This document shows, one piece after another, positions 34,126 to 44,281 of a stretch of 64,000 nucleotides of DNA. The notes under the pieces were generated by a model. It was not told where the DNA came from. It made no database searches and was given only the letters and a program-made list of their open reading frames with translations. The first letter of the stretch is position 1; every line of letters begins with the position of its first letter. Both the position numbers and the translations under genes were made by a program. This DNA is from Candidatus Moraniibacteriota bacterium (lineage in GTDB: Bacteria; Patescibacteriota; Minisyncoccia; Moranbacterales; UBA1568), in NCBI GenBank assembly GCA_016182385.1, contig JACPGV010000002.1, forward strand, positions 55,553 to 119,552, written 5' to 3'.

Positions 34126-34572
34126 ATGAACTGCCCTTTTTGTAGTCACCCAGAAACCAAGGTTATTGATTCACGCGATACGCAGGAAGGAAGAGCGACG
34201 CGTCGTCGGCGAGAGTGTGAAAAATGCTCAGCCCGTTTTAGCACGTATGAGGAAGTGGAAATTTTTCGCCTGTTGGTGATAAAAAAGGACGGACGAAAAG
34301 AGGAATATGATCGTACGAAGATCGAACATGGTTTGGAGCGAGCCTTCGTGAAGCGTCCCAATGCTGAAGAGCGTATTGAAAAAATTATGGGAGAGATAGA
34401 ATATGCGCTTCACGAAAAAAAGACGGACGATATCTCTAGTAAAGAAATCGGCACGTTGGTGATGCAAAAATTGAAGGAGTCTGACGAAGTGGCATATATT
34501 CGTTTTGCTTCCGTGTATAAATCTTTTGGAAGTGCGAAAAGTTTTTTACGAGCTTTGGAAACCTTGGAATGA
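34126..34572 (+). CDS. nrdR: Transcriptional repressor NrdR
   Basis: CPFC...V.DSR...RRRRECEKC..RFSTYE, ATP-cone, VAYIRFASVY. Confidence 0.97.
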   Translation: MNCPFCSHPETKVIDSRDTQEGRATRRRRECEKCSARFSTYEEVEIFRLLVIKKDGRKEEYDRTKIEHGLERAFVKRPNAEERIEKIMGEIEYALHEKKTDDISSKEIGTLVMQKLKESDEVAYIRFASVYKSFGSAKSFLRALETLE

Positions 34573-34805
34573 TTAGGTGTATAGAGGTGCGCGTCATTTC
34601 TCGCGCTTCGAAAAATTCGGTGCAACAAAGAGGAGAAAAAACGTATTGTGTTCGTTTGACCAAGGCACCAGTACAGAATGCCGCCAATGAGCAGATGAAA
34701 AAATTATTAGCGAAACATTTTTCCGTGCCCGTTGGCGCTATTCGTATTTTGCGCGGGAAGACGAGCCGCACCAAGATCGTTGAAGTGGTGGCATATGCTT
34801 CATAA
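34569..34805 (+). CDS. DUF167 (YggU-like) protein
   Basis: V.L..AP....AN......LA..F.V....I.I.RG.TSR.K. Confidence 0.88.
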   Translation: MIRCIEVRVISRASKNSVQQRGEKTYCVRLTKAPVQNAANEQMKKLLAKHFSVPVGAIRILRGKTSRTKIVEVVAYAS

Positions 34806-36261
34806 AGCAAAACTTTTCTGTTTGTTGTGTTGTGGGTATATCGGCGGAGTCTTTGCAGGCTCTTTTTTTGTGTTTGCAGAATGGATACTTTTTCTTTGTG
34901 GCGCGTTCCTTGTTATTTTTGGCGTTTCTTTTCGCGGGCGATATTTTTTGTGGGGTATTTTTGTGGTGCTTATTTTTTTGACAGGGTACGGTGTTACGCG
35001 TCATGCCGTACAAGAAGTTTATGCACTTCCCGAGACTTCATTTACGGTGCAGGGTGTGGCTCGTATCGTGCGAGAGCCAGAAGAAAAGATATGGCAGCAA
35101 GAGGTTGTTGTGCGTATGGAGAGTTGCCAAAAAGAACCTTGTCCGCGAGAGAAGATATTATGGAGAGCACCTTTGGGGATGCCGGGGAAAAGAGGGGAAC
35201 GTTTGTCATTCGCTTGTTCTTTGACTGTTCCAAAAAAAATCAATGAACAATTTGATTACCGGATGTTTCTTGCCAAGGAGGGGGTTTTGTATATGTGTGA
35301 AAAAGCGGATTTCGCGCATACTATTCCTGATGATGGATTCACCCGCGTTATCGCAGGAGTATTTGCGCCAAAGAGAGCGCTCGAAAATGCCTTGGAAAGA
35401 AGCGTCCCACAACCGGAGGCGGCTTTGGCACAGGGACTTCTCTTGGGAGGGGACGAACGACTTCCCTCGGAATGGCAACAAGCATTTCGTGCTACCGGAC
35501 TTTCTCATATTATTGCCATTTCCGGATATAATATCGTATTGGTAAGCGCCGCTTTTATTATTCTGGGGCTTGGGCTGGGGCTTTGGCGGCGTCAAGCGTT
35601 TCTTCTGGCAGTTATGGGAACGATTTTCTTTGTTTTGTTGGTGGGGGCGCCTGCTTCTGCTATTCGAGCCGGTATTATGGGATGTTCGGTATTTGCGGCA
35701 CTTTCTTTCGGACGACTAGCTTATTCGCCTCAAACATTGTTGGGAACCGCTTTTCTTATGCTTTTTTTTAACCCACTTCTTTTACGTTATGATATTGGTT
35801 TTCAGTTATCTTTTTTGGCGACTTTTGCTTTAGTATGCGTTGCCCCCCTTTTTATTCTTTTGTTTCCCAAGCATTTTTTTGGCAGAGGTATATTGGAAAT
35901 CGCTTTTTTTACTTTCGCGATAGAACTTTTTATTATCCCGCTTCTTATATACCATTTTCACATCGTTTCTCTTGTAGGTATTCTCACAAATATGCTTGTT
36001 TTACCTCTCATACCGTATCTTATGGCGAGTGCTTTTGTGACGGCTCTTATCTTTTTTTTCTGTCCGCCACTTGTTTTGATAGGTGCCGGCATAACGTATG
36101 GATTGGCGCATGGCATTTTTGTTATTGTTGACAGGGTACATACTTGGTCGCAGACGACTATGAATGTCTCTTGGTCGATAGAAATAATTTTTTTGTGGTA
36201 CATAGTATTATTTCTTGGTATGGTAGGAATACGAAGATATATACGTACGCGTTATGTTTGA
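34795..36261 (+). CDS. comEC: ComEC/Rec2 competence channel (DUF4131 + competence domain)
   Basis: FDY..FL, TGLSHIIAISGYN, S.IRAGIM, NPL....DIGFQLSF.AT. Confidence 0.92.
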   Translation: MLHKAKLFCLLCCGYIGGVFAGSFFVFAEWILFLCGAFLVIFGVSFRGRYFLWGIFVVLIFLTGYGVTRHAVQEVYALPETSFTVQGVARIVREPEEKIWQQEVVVRMESCQKEPCPREKILWRAPLGMPGKRGERLSFACSLTVPKKINEQFDYRMFLAKEGVLYMCEKADFAHTIPDDGFTRVIAGVFAPKRALENALERSVPQPEAALAQGLLLGGDERLPSEWQQAFRATGLSHIIAISGYNIVLVSAAFIILGLGLGLWRRQAFLLAVMGTIFFVLLVGAPASAIRAGIMGCSVFAALSFGRLAYSPQTLLGTAFLMLFFNPLLLRYDIGFQLSFLATFALVCVAPLFILLFPKHFFGRGILEIAFFTFAIELFIIPLLIYHFHIVSLVGILTNMLVLPLIPYLMASAFVTALIFFFCPPLVLIGAGITYGLAHGIFVIVDRVHTWSQTTMNVSWSIEIIFLWYIVLFLGMVGIRRYIRTRYV

Positions 36262-37099
36262 GCGCTTGAGAAGTCGTGTTTTCTGGGGGGTGTTTTTTAT
36301 AGTGTGTTTTTTCGCCCTTCTTATTTTCTTTTGGTGGGAGGAATATACGACCATGAGGGTTGTTTTTTTGAATGTGGGACAAGGAGACGCTTTTTTACTC
36401 TCTTTTGGTTCTGAGCAGATCCTTATTGATAGTGGCCGGTCCGGAAAAGAATTGCTTCATCGTTTGAGTCGACATATGCCTTTTTGGGACAGAACGATCG
36501 AGGCGGTTATCGCGACACATCCCGATGCCGATCATATCGGTGGTTTTCCGGCACTTTTTCGGGCGTATAAAGTCGAAAGAGTGTTTACGACTGGCGCGGT
36601 TGGCGATAGCGAGACCGCTCTTCTTTTTCAAGAGGAAATTGTACGAGCAACCGGTAGACAGCCGGACGTGTTGTTTCGTGGCGGAGAGCTTTCCTTTCCG
36701 GAACAAGGGAAGCTTTTTATTCGTTATCCCATAACCCCGTTGCCGCCTGATACGAAAGACACAAATGCCGGAAGTCTCGTGGCGCGCTTTGTTTATGGGA
36801 AGACAAGTTTTTTGTTTACCGGTGATTTGCCACGAGAAGAAACAGTTCTTGCCGATGAAGAGTCGGTAACCGTTCTTAAAGCGGCGCATCATGGTTCGAG
36901 GTACTCGACGAGCGATGCTTTCTTGGAACAAGTGTTGCCGAAAGAGACTATTATTTCCGTTGGTAAAAATAGTTACGGTCATCCTGCCGAAGAAGTATTA
37001 GAGCGATTACGCGTAAGACAGATAACGATTCGTCGGACGGATCGAGACGGAGATATAGTCTATGTGTGCGCGCTTGATTCTTGTTCTGTCAGAGAATAG
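36254..37099 (+). CDS. ComEC-type metallo-beta-lactamase-fold hydrolase, encoded separately
   Basis: NVGQGD, THPDADHIGG, LFTGD, HHGS, SVG.NSYGHP. Confidence 0.92.
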   Translation: MFERLRSRVFWGVFFIVCFFALLIFFWWEEYTTMRVVFLNVGQGDAFLLSFGSEQILIDSGRSGKELLHRLSRHMPFWDRTIEAVIATHPDADHIGGFPALFRAYKVERVFTTGAVGDSETALLFQEEIVRATGRQPDVLFRGGELSFPEQGKLFIRYPITPLPPDTKDTNAGSLVARFVYGKTSFLFTGDLPREETVLADEESVTVLKAAHHGSRYSTSDAFLEQVLPKETIISVGKNSYGHPAEEVLERLRVRQITIRRTDRDGDIVYVCALDSCSVRE

Positions 37100-37174
37100 T
37101 GCCTCTGTTGCCTTTTTGTTTTTTTTGTGGCACTATGAATGGTAATGAATATTCACTCGTAATTATGAAGTAGT

Positions 37175-37780
37175 ATGAATGAACATCCTAAGAAAGAACG
37201 ATCATTGGTAATTATCAAACCGGACGGTATACAGCGGGCGCTTACCGGCGAAATTATTTCTCGTTTTGAGCGGACGGGACTCAAGTTTATCGCCATGAAA
37301 CTTCTTGTTCCCAAGGCGGAGCAATGCTGGACACACTATAATAAAGATGAAGAATGGTTTCTTAAGAAGGGCGCGCGTATCATTGACGATCGTAAGACGC
37401 ACGGGATGCCTATTGAAAAAGAGGTTATTGAATACGGCAAGGATATTATTCAGGCGAATGTGGATTTTTTTACTTCTGGACCGGTACTCGCCTTTGTCAT
37501 TGAGGGCAATCAGTCGGTGGCTATCGTGAAAAAAATTGTTGGCGGAACAGAGCCAACCACTTCGGATGTAGGGACTATTCGTGGTGACTTGACGGTGGAC
37601 TCGTATGCGCTTTCGAGTCTTGATAATCGCGCGGTACGCAATTTGGTTCATTGTTCTGATAGTCCTGAAGAAGCAGAACGAGAAATTCCCATTTGGTTTC
37701 AGGAGAATGAATTGATCAATTATCGTTTAGTAGGTGAGCAAATCCTCTACGATGTGAATCTTGACGGTATCTTGGAGTAA
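37175..37780 (+). CDS. ndk: Nucleoside diphosphate kinase
   Basis: IIKPDGIQR, SGPV, GTIRGD, NLVHCSDS. Confidence 0.95.
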   Translation: MNEHPKKERSLVIIKPDGIQRALTGEIISRFERTGLKFIAMKLLVPKAEQCWTHYNKDEEWFLKKGARIIDDRKTHGMPIEKEVIEYGKDIIQANVDFFTSGPVLAFVIEGNQSVAIVKKIVGGTEPTTSDVGTIRGDLTVDSYALSSLDNRAVRNLVHCSDSPEEAEREIPIWFQENELINYRLVGEQILYDVNLDGILE

Positions 37781-37793
37781 ATTTTTTCGGCGT

Positions 37794-37821
37794 AAAAAAT
37801 CCCTTTTTGAAGGGATTTTTT
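37794..37821 (+). terminator. Terminator after ndk
   Basis: AAAAAATCCCTT-ttt-GAAGGGATTTTTT. Confidence 0.75.
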
Positions 37822-37825
37822 ATTA

Positions 37826-37854
37826 TTGACAAAACATCATGTTTTTGGTACAGT
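37826..37854 (+). promoter_or_regulatory. sigma70 promoter
   Basis: TTGACA (37826-31), 17 nt, TACAGT (37849-54) preceded by TGg. Confidence 0.7.
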
Positions 37855-37990
37855 ACTTAGTAATTGGAGCGACCGAAGAGCTCAAGAGGAGGGGAATGGG
37901 GTAATATTCTCTTTTTCTTTGGTAAAGTTGTTCCAACGGTGTCCCAAGTCAACGGTTAACGGGACAAAAAAATGAAACTCTGGAGGTGTT

Positions 37991-38152
37991 ATGGAAAAAA
38001 AGGAGGATATTGCTCTTCCTCAGAATAGAGAGGAGTTATTGGAGATGATGTGGGCGGCAATAGCAGTGGGGCTAAGAAACCCACGCAATGCCCAAATCAT
38101 AGAACGTGTAAGGAGAGGAGACGAACGTCTCCTCTCTCAGCAAAGAAATTAG
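37991..38152 (+). CDS. Putative 53-aa small protein with SD and structured leader
   Basis: GGAGGTG just upstream. Translation MEKKEDIALPQNREELLEMMWAAIAVGLRNPRNAQIIERVRRGDERLLSQQRN*. Bracketed by a promoter and a terminator. Confidence 0.45.
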   Translation: MEKKEDIALPQNREELLEMMWAAIAVGLRNPRNAQIIERVRRGDERLLSQQRN

Positions 38153-38161
38153 TTGCGCGAG

Positions 38162-38192
38162 GAGGGTAGTCGCATCGTCGACTACCCCTTTT
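38162..38192 (+). terminator. Terminator before tRNA-Pro
   Basis: GGGTAGTCG-catcgt-CGACTACCC followed by CTTTT. Confidence 0.7.
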
Positions 38193-38229
38193 CATTTGTT
38201 TGAGAAAATGATACGGTGAGGAATGTTTG

Positions 38230-38303
38230 CGGGCTGTAGTATACCGGTAGTACGCGTCCATGGGGTGGATGTAGACCGGGTTCAATTCCCGGCAGCCCGA
38301 CCA
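38230..38303 (+). tRNA. tRNA-Pro(GGG)
   Basis: Acceptor CGGGCTG/CAGCCCG + ACCA, anticodon arm CGTCC-ATGGGGT-GGATG, T arm CCGGG-TTCAATT-CCCGG. Confidence 0.95.
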
Positions 38304-38335
38304 AGATTGAGAATTTAATAGGTGCTTCACGCGAA

Positions 38336-38446
38336 GCGTCCATGGGGGTGAAAAGTAAATTGCTTTACTTTTCACGGGCGTTTCCGCAAGTCGTCCCTGA
38401 CTTGCGGAAAAAGAATGCTTTGGGGGATGTAGACGGCGGTTCAATT
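38336..38446 (+). repeat. Degenerate partial tRNA-Pro copy interrupted by two perfect 12-bp palindromes
   Basis: 38336-47 equals 38254-65, 38425-34 equals 38267-76, 38438-46 equals 38279-87. Hairpins at 38348-38375 and 38381-38410. Confidence 0.75.
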
Positions 38447-38465
38447 TTTGATAGTCTGGACAAAT

Positions 38466-38501
38466 AAAAAACTCTCTTTATTTTTTTAAGGAGAGTTTTT
38501 T
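38466..38501. terminator. Bidirectional terminator between the tRNA region and rpmB
   Basis: AAAAAACTCTCTTTA...TAAGGAGAGTTTTTT. Confidence 0.75.
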
Positions 38502-38507
38502 AGAATG

Positions 38508-38684
38508 TTATTTCGTTTCTTTGGCCAAAGTGCGGATTGCTTTTGTGGAGAGACGAAGTTTTACACCACCGATGCGTTTCGTTTGAAGATTGACCTTGAA
38601 AGTTCGGCGACTGGCAATATTGGAATGACTGCGTGAATTACCAGTTTTCGTTCCGCGTCCGGTGAGTTGACAGGTGCGGCTCAT
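38508..38684 (-). CDS. rpmB: 50S ribosomal protein bL28
   Basis: Not in ORF track (58 aa). Translation [58 protein letters not shown]. Confidence 0.93.
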   Translation of the reverse strand: MSRTCQLTGRGTKTGNSRSHSNIASRRTFKVNLQTKRIGGVKLRLSTKAIRTLAKETK

Positions 38685-38780
38685 AAAAATCTATTGAAGA
38701 GTTACAAAAATGAGAGTATCATAGCTTTATTGCTTTGGCAAGAGGAGATTTTGTTTTTAGGTGTTTCTAATATTTTTGTT

Positions 38781-39503
38781 ATGGCGCATGAAATTGTTTT
38801 GATAGGGTTTTATTTGTTGACTCTGGTGTATTCCGTCATTATTCATGAGGTGTCACATGGTGTTGTGGCGCTTTGGCTGGGTGATTTGACTGCCAAATAT
38901 GCCGATCGCTTGAATCTCAACCCCTTAAAACATATTGATCCGTTTGGATCGGTTCTTTTGCCGCTTCTTCTTGTTGTGACTACGGGATTTGCTTTTGGGT
39001 GGGCAAAGCCGGTTCCTTACAACCCCTATAATTTGCGCGATCAGAAATGGGGGCCGGTGTGGGTGGCGCTTGCCGGACCGGCTTCCAATTTTCTCTTGGC
39101 GACTCTGGCGGCCTTATTGGCAAAAATTTTACCTTTGACCTTGCTTGCTAAGGCGGATATTTTGGAACGCTTTATTGGTGTTATCGGCGGACAAGGAGAG
39201 TTTTTTGATCGTTTCGGATTATTGGCAGAAGCGCTTTCCGGATCTTTGGCAAATGTGTTTTTTGGACTTTTTCTTTTGGTGATTTTTTGGAATGTTGTTT
39301 TAGGATGCTTTAATCTTTTGCCTATACCACCGCTTGATGGTTCCAAGCTTTTATACGCTTTTGTGCCTCTTGGCGAGCAAACAATTTTCTTTTTGGAGCG
39401 CTTTGGCCTCTTTTTGCTTCTTTTTATCGTTCTTTTTCTTTCGACACCTATCAGTATGTTTATAAATTTCGTTTTGAGTCTTTTTTTGCGTTTTGCGTTA
39501 TAG
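38781..39503 (+). CDS. Site-2 protease (M50) family
   Basis: HEVSH, LNPLKHIDP.G, GWAKPVP, AGP.SN, FNLLPIPPLDG. Confidence 0.95.
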   Translation: MAHEIVLIGFYLLTLVYSVIIHEVSHGVVALWLGDLTAKYADRLNLNPLKHIDPFGSVLLPLLLVVTTGFAFGWAKPVPYNPYNLRDQKWGPVWVALAGPASNFLLATLAALLAKILPLTLLAKADILERFIGVIGGQGEFFDRFGLLAEALSGSLANVFFGLFLLVIFWNVVLGCFNLLPIPPLDGSKLLYAFVPLGEQTIFFLERFGLFLLLFIVLFLSTPISMFINFVLSLFLRFAL

Positions 39504-39580
39504 AATCGATAGCGTAAAAAAGGGGAGTTTTGTATCTTTTTGTCTCAGATAATCTTTTTTTCGACAGAAAGAGAGTGGGG

Positions 39581-39609
39581 TTGACAAGGGTATTTGTTTT
39601 CGATACTAT
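39581..39609 (+). promoter_or_regulatory. Promoter of str operon
   Basis: TTGACA, 17 nt, TACTAT. Confidence 0.75.
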
Positions 39610-39680
39610 GGGTAGTACGGAAAAACAAAGCCGTTTTTTGTTTGTATCTTTTCTTTGTAAACAATTTTAAACTTTTTTTT

Positions 39681-40097
39681 GTGTCTACCATCAATCAACT
39701 TGTAAAGCGTCCGCGATATTCTTCTTCTAAAAAATCGAAATCGCCCGCGATGACGTATTCGATCAATAATATTAAGAATCGAAACACCTATCATGACAGT
39801 CCGTTTAAGCGCGGTGTCTGTATCAAGGTGTCGACAACCACTCCCAAGAAGCCAAACTCTGCTTTACGTAAGATTGCTCGTGTCCGTTTGACAAACGGTA
39901 TGGAGGTAACGGCTTATATTCCCGGTGAAGGACACAACTTGCAGGAACACTCGATCGTTATGATTCGCGGCGGACGCGTAAAGGATTTGCCGGGTGTGCG
40001 TTATCATATCGTTCGTGGCACTTTTGATGCCGCCGGTGTACAACGTAAACAGAGTCGTTCGAAATACGGCGCCAAGAAAGAAAAGAAAAAAGAATAA
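39681..40097 (+). CDS. rpsL: 30S ribosomal protein uS12 (GTG start)
   Basis: [29 protein letters not shown]. Confidence 0.98.
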   Translation: MSTINQLVKRPRYSSSKKSKSPAMTYSINNIKNRNTYHDSPFKRGVCIKVSTTTPKKPNSALRKIARVRLTNGMEVTAYIPGEGHNLQEHSIVMIRGGRVKDLPGVRYHIVRGTFDAAGVQRKQSRSKYGAKKEKKKE

Positions 40098-40173
40098 TGA
40101 GATTTCAGTTTCCCACGATGTTTTTTTAGGAAAAATGTTTATTAAGTCGATAAGTTAAGAAGCTCGTAAAGAT

Positions 40174-40641
40174 ATGCCACGAAGAAAGAGACAATTTGCC
40201 CGTGTTTGGGAAGCGGATGCTTTGTATGATAACGCGCTTGTTGGTCATTTCATCGGAATGATCATGTGGAATGGCAAGAAAAGCGTTGCGGAAAAGATCA
40301 TATATAAGTCTTTTGAAATTATTCATGAACGCACCAAAAAAGGCGGATTGAATGTTTTTGAACAGGCTATCAAGAATGTTTCCCCGCTTCTTCAATTGAA
40401 ATCACGTCGTGTTGGTGGCGCGAATTATCAGGTACCGGTGCCGGTATCCGGTGAGCGTCGTCAGGTTTTGGCAATGCGCTGGATTCGTGATGCTTGTCGC
40501 AACAAAAAAGGAAAATCGATGGCTGAAAAGTTGGCTGATGAACTTCTGGATGCCGCCAACAAAACCGGATCGGCGATGAAGAAACGTGAGGAAACTCATC
40601 GTATGGCCGAGGCAAACAAAGCTTTCGCTCATTTTGCGTAA
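40174..40641 (+). CDS. rpsG: 30S ribosomal protein uS7
   Basis: GKKSVA, RRVGGANYQVP, MAEANKAFAH. Confidence 0.98.
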   Translation: MPRRKRQFARVWEADALYDNALVGHFIGMIMWNGKKSVAEKIIYKSFEIIHERTKKGGLNVFEQAIKNVSPLLQLKSRRVGGANYQVPVPVSGERRQVLAMRWIRDACRNKKGKSMAEKLADELLDAANKTGSAMKKREETHRMAEANKAFAHFA

Positions 40642-40720
40642 TAGTATTAAGATATATAAAATAAAGAAACGCGAAGCATCAAGAGAGAGTGTCTCTTGTC
40701 TGTGCGTTTGAGAAACTTTT

Positions 40721-42820
40721 ATGACCCGGAAAACTTCCATCGAAAAGTATCGTAATATCGGTATTATCGCGCATATAGATGCCGGAAAAACGACAACGAC
40801 GGAGCGCATTCTTTTTTATACCGGTATCACCCATAAAATTGGTGAGGTTCATGAGGGTGAGGCGACAATGGACTGGATGGAGCAGGAACGAGAGCGTGGT
40901 ATTACCATTACTTCCGCTGCCACCACGTGTTATTGGAAGGATTATCATATTAATATTATTGATACTCCCGGGCACGTTGATTTTACCGTTGAGGTAGAGC
41001 GTTCTTTGCGTGTTCTTGATGGCGGAGTGGTTGTTTTTGATGGAAAAGAAGGAGTGGAACCACAATCGGAAACAGTATGGCGACAAGCGGAAAAATATAA
41101 AGTGCCGCGCATTTGTTTTATTAATAAGATCGATAAAGAAGGAGCGGTTTTTGAGGATGCGCTTTCTTCTATTTGGAATCGTTTGACCCCGCATGCCGTT
41201 GCGGTGCAGTATCCGCTTGGTGAGCGTGGTGATTTTTATGGTCTGATTGATCTCATTAAAATGAAGGCTTATACCTTCGATGGAGAAATGGGAGAGAAGG
41301 TGATAGAAGGAGAGATTCCGGCCGAATATGTCGAAACAGCAAAAACATGGCGAGAGAAAATGGTGGAAAAGATTGCCGAAACGAGTGATGCCTTGACCGA
41401 AAAATTTTTGAATGGCGAGGAAATTTCTGAGGAAGAACTCAAACAGGCTTTGCGAAAGGCAACGATTGAGGTGCGCTTGCATCCCGTACTCACCGGTACC
41501 GCTTTGCGAAATAAAGGAGTGCAACTTGTTTTGGATGCGGTGGTGGATTATCTTCCGTCGCCTGTCGATATTCCGGCTGTGAAAGGAATCAATCCAAAGA
41601 CGGAAGAGGAGATTTTTTGTGAGACCAAAGATGATGTTCCTTTTTCAGCCTTGGCCTTTAAGATTGCTACCGATCCGTTCGTGGGGCAATTGACGTTTTT
41701 TCGTGTTTATTCGGGAACTATTAAAGCGGGATCGTACGTACTGAATTCTACAAAAGATGAAAAGGAACGTGTCGGACGTATTGTGCGTATGCATGCGAAT
41801 CATCGTGAAGAAATTGAGGAGCTTTCAGCGGGTGATATCGGCGCGCTTGTTGGTATGAAAGCAACGACTACGGGTAATACGTTGTGTGATCTGGATCATC
41901 CGGTTATTCTCGAATCTATATCTTTTCCTGAACCGGTTATTGATATTTCCGTTGAACCGAAGACGAAAGCCGATCAGGAAAAAATGGGCGTGGCCTTAAA
42001 AAAACTTTTGGAAGAAGATCCTACTTTCCGTGTACATACGGACGAAGAGACAGGACAGACGATTATGTCAGGAATGGGTGAGCTTCACCTTGATATTCTT
42101 GTGGATCGTATGAAGCGTGAATTTAAAGTGGAAGTCAATGTTGGTCGCCCACAGGTGGCATATCGTGAAACGATTCGACAAATGGCCGAAGCGGAAGGAA
42201 AATATATTCGTCAATCCGGTGGTCGTGGACAGTATGGTCATTGTTGGATTCGTTTGGAGCCGAATGAACAGGGCAAGGGATATGAGTTTATCGATGAAAT
42301 TAAAGGTGGCGTTATTCCTCAGGAATTTATCAAACCGATCAACAAGGGTATCGAGGAAGCCTCTCAGACAGGCGTGCTTGCTGGTTACCCGACTGTCGAC
42401 ATTAAGGCGACGGTCTATGACGGTTCTTTTCATGATGTTGACTCGTCGGAAGCGGCGTTTAAGATTGCTGGATCTTTGGCATTCAAGGAAGCGATGCGGA
42501 AAGCAAAACCGGTTATCCTTGAGCCGATTATGAAGGCAGTGGTTATTACGCCGGAACAGTTTATGGGAGACATCGTGGGAGATATTTCCGCCAAACGAGG
42601 TGTTATCAAAGAAATGAACGCGCGTGGTGAGGGGGCGGCTCAGGTCAAAGAAATTCACGCTGAAGTACCGCTTTCTTCGATGTTTGGTTACGCGACACAG
42701 ATGCGTTCGATGAGTCAGGGTCGCGCCAGCTATTCGATGGAATTCGGACATTATGCTGAAGTGCCGAACAACGTGGCTACCGAGATCATCGGCGCTCGGA
42801 CAACGAGCGAGGGGAAATAA
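40721..42820 (+). CDS. fusA: Elongation factor G
   Basis: [28 protein letters not shown]. Confidence 0.99.
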   Translation: MTRKTSIEKYRNIGIIAHIDAGKTTTTERILFYTGITHKIGEVHEGEATMDWMEQERERGITITSAATTCYWKDYHINIIDTPGHVDFTVEVERSLRVLDGGVVVFDGKEGVEPQSETVWRQAEKYKVPRICFINKIDKEGAVFEDALSSIWNRLTPHAVAVQYPLGERGDFYGLIDLIKMKAYTFDGEMGEKVIEGEIPAEYVETAKTWREKMVEKIAETSDALTEKFLNGEEISEEELKQALRKATIEVRLHPVLTGTALRNKGVQLVLDAVVDYLPSPVDIPAVKGINPKTEEEIFCETKDDVPFSALAFKIATDPFVGQLTFFRVYSGTIKAGSYVLNSTKDEKERVGRIVRMHANHREEIEELSAGDIGALVGMKATTTGNTLCDLDHPVILESISFPEPVIDISVEPKTKADQEKMGVALKKLLEEDPTFRVHTDEETGQTIMSGMGELHLDILVDRMKREFKVEVNVGRPQVAYRETIRQMAEAEGKYIRQSGGRGQYGHCWIRLEPNEQGKGYEFIDEIKGGVIPQEFIKPINKGIEEASQTGVLAGYPTVDIKATVYDGSFHDVDSSEAAFKIAGSLAFKEAMRKAKPVILEPIMKAVVITPEQFMGDIVGDISAKRGVIKEMNARGEGAAQVKEIHAEVPLSSMFGYATQMRSMSQGRASYSMEFGHYAEVPNNVATEIIGARTTSEGK

Positions 42821-42851
42821 AGAGAAAAAATTGATTTTCAGATCGAGACAT

Positions 42852-42880
42852 TTGACAGAATTTTGATTGATTGGTATCAT
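42852..42880 (+). promoter_or_regulatory. Internal promoter for tuf
   Basis: TTGACA, 17 nt, TATCAT preceded by TGg. Confidence 0.7.
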
Positions 42881-42989
42881 AGCGAGTGACGCTTTTTTTC
42901 CGAGCTTTTTTCGTTTTTACGGAAAGATTCTTCGGAAAAAAAATTAAATAGACAAGTTTTATTAATTTATAATTTATTACTTAAAGGGT

Positions 42990-44180
42990 ATGGCAGAGCA
43001 ATTTCAGCGAACCAAGCCGCACGTAAACGTCGGCACCATCGGTCACGTTGACCATGGTAAGACAACTCTCACGGCTTCTATCCTCCATGTGCTCAGCATG
43101 AAGGGTTTTGCCAAAGAGAAGGGCGTAGACGAAATCGATAAGGCTCCGGAAGAAAAGGAGCGTGGTATTACTATTTCGACGTCTCATTGCGAATATGAGT
43201 CTGATAAACGACACTACGCGCACGTAGACTGTCCCGGACACGCTGACTATATCAAGAACATGATTACCGGCGCCGCCCAGATGGACGGAGCTATTTTGGT
43301 GGTGTCCGCTACCGATGGTCCCATGCCTCAGACACGCGAGCACATTCTTTTGGCTCGTCAGGTAGGCGTGCCGGCTATCGTTGTTTTCTTGAACAAGGTT
43401 GATATGGTTGATGATCCGGAACTTATTGACCTCGTAGAGGCGGAAGTTCGCGAATTGCTTTCCAAGTACGAGTTTGATGGTGATAACGCTACCATTGTTC
43501 GTGGAAGCGCCTTGAAGGCCTTGGAATCGAAATCGATTGATGAAGATGCGGCCAAGCCGATTCTTGATCTTATTTCTGCGCTTGATGAAAAAATTCCTGA
43601 GCCGGTTCGTGATACCGATAAGCCGTTTTTGATGCCGATTGAGGATATTTTTTCGATTGAAGGTCGCGGAACGGTAGTAACCGGTCGTATTGAGCGAGGT
43701 GTTATCAATATCAACGAAGAAGTGGAAATTGTTGGTATTCGTGATACGGCAAAGACGGTTGTTACCGGTATTGAGATGTTTAACAAATCTCTTGATCGTG
43801 GTCAGGCTGGTGATAATGCCGGTCTCCTCATCCGAGGTATCAAGAAAGAAGATGTGGAACGTGGTCAGGTGCTTGCTAAGATTGGCTCTATCACTCCGCA
43901 CACAGAATTTGAAGGTGAAGTCTACGTTCTTTCCAAAGAAGAAGGTGGTCGTCATACTCCATTTTTTTCCAATTATAAACCGCAGTTTTATATTCGTACC
44001 ACTGATGTAACCGGAGAGGTGAAGTTGCCCGAAGGTACTGAAATGGTAATGCCTGGAGATACGGTGAAACTTACCGTGAAGCTTTTGGCTCCGGTTGCCA
44101 TGGAAGAAGGTATGCGTTTCGCTATTCGTGAAGGTGGACGCACGGTTGGTGCTGGTGTAGCAACGAAGATTTTGAAATAA
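42990..44180 (+). CDS. tuf: Elongation factor Tu
   Basis: [28 protein letters not shown]. Confidence 0.99.
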   Translation: MAEQFQRTKPHVNVGTIGHVDHGKTTLTASILHVLSMKGFAKEKGVDEIDKAPEEKERGITISTSHCEYESDKRHYAHVDCPGHADYIKNMITGAAQMDGAILVVSATDGPMPQTREHILLARQVGVPAIVVFLNKVDMVDDPELIDLVEAEVRELLSKYEFDGDNATIVRGSALKALESKSIDEDAAKPILDLISALDEKIPEPVRDTDKPFLMPIEDIFSIEGRGTVVTGRIERGVININEEVEIVGIRDTAKTVVTGIEMFNKSLDRGQAGDNAGLLIRGIKKEDVERGQVLAKIGSITPHTEFEGEVYVLSKEEGGRHTPFFSNYKPQFYIRTTDVTGEVKLPEGTEMVMPGDTVKLTVKLLAPVAMEEGMRFAIREGGRTVGAGVATKILK

Positions 44181-44281
44181 ATCTCTTCGAGAAAATTGAG
44201 TGGTGGGCGATAGTGGGAAAAAATATCGCCTCCACGAATGTTTTCTGGACGAGAAGAAAAATTTATAGTATTGTTGACACA

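Noticed and set aside
34795-37099. Split comEC as a frameshifted pseudogene
   Set aside because: The second ORF has its own start and N-terminal TM segment. Separate channel and MBL genes are a known arrangement.
38348-38410. Palindromes as a possible CRISPR array
   Set aside because: The two hairpins differ in sequence, with no repeat-spacer periodicity and no cas genes.
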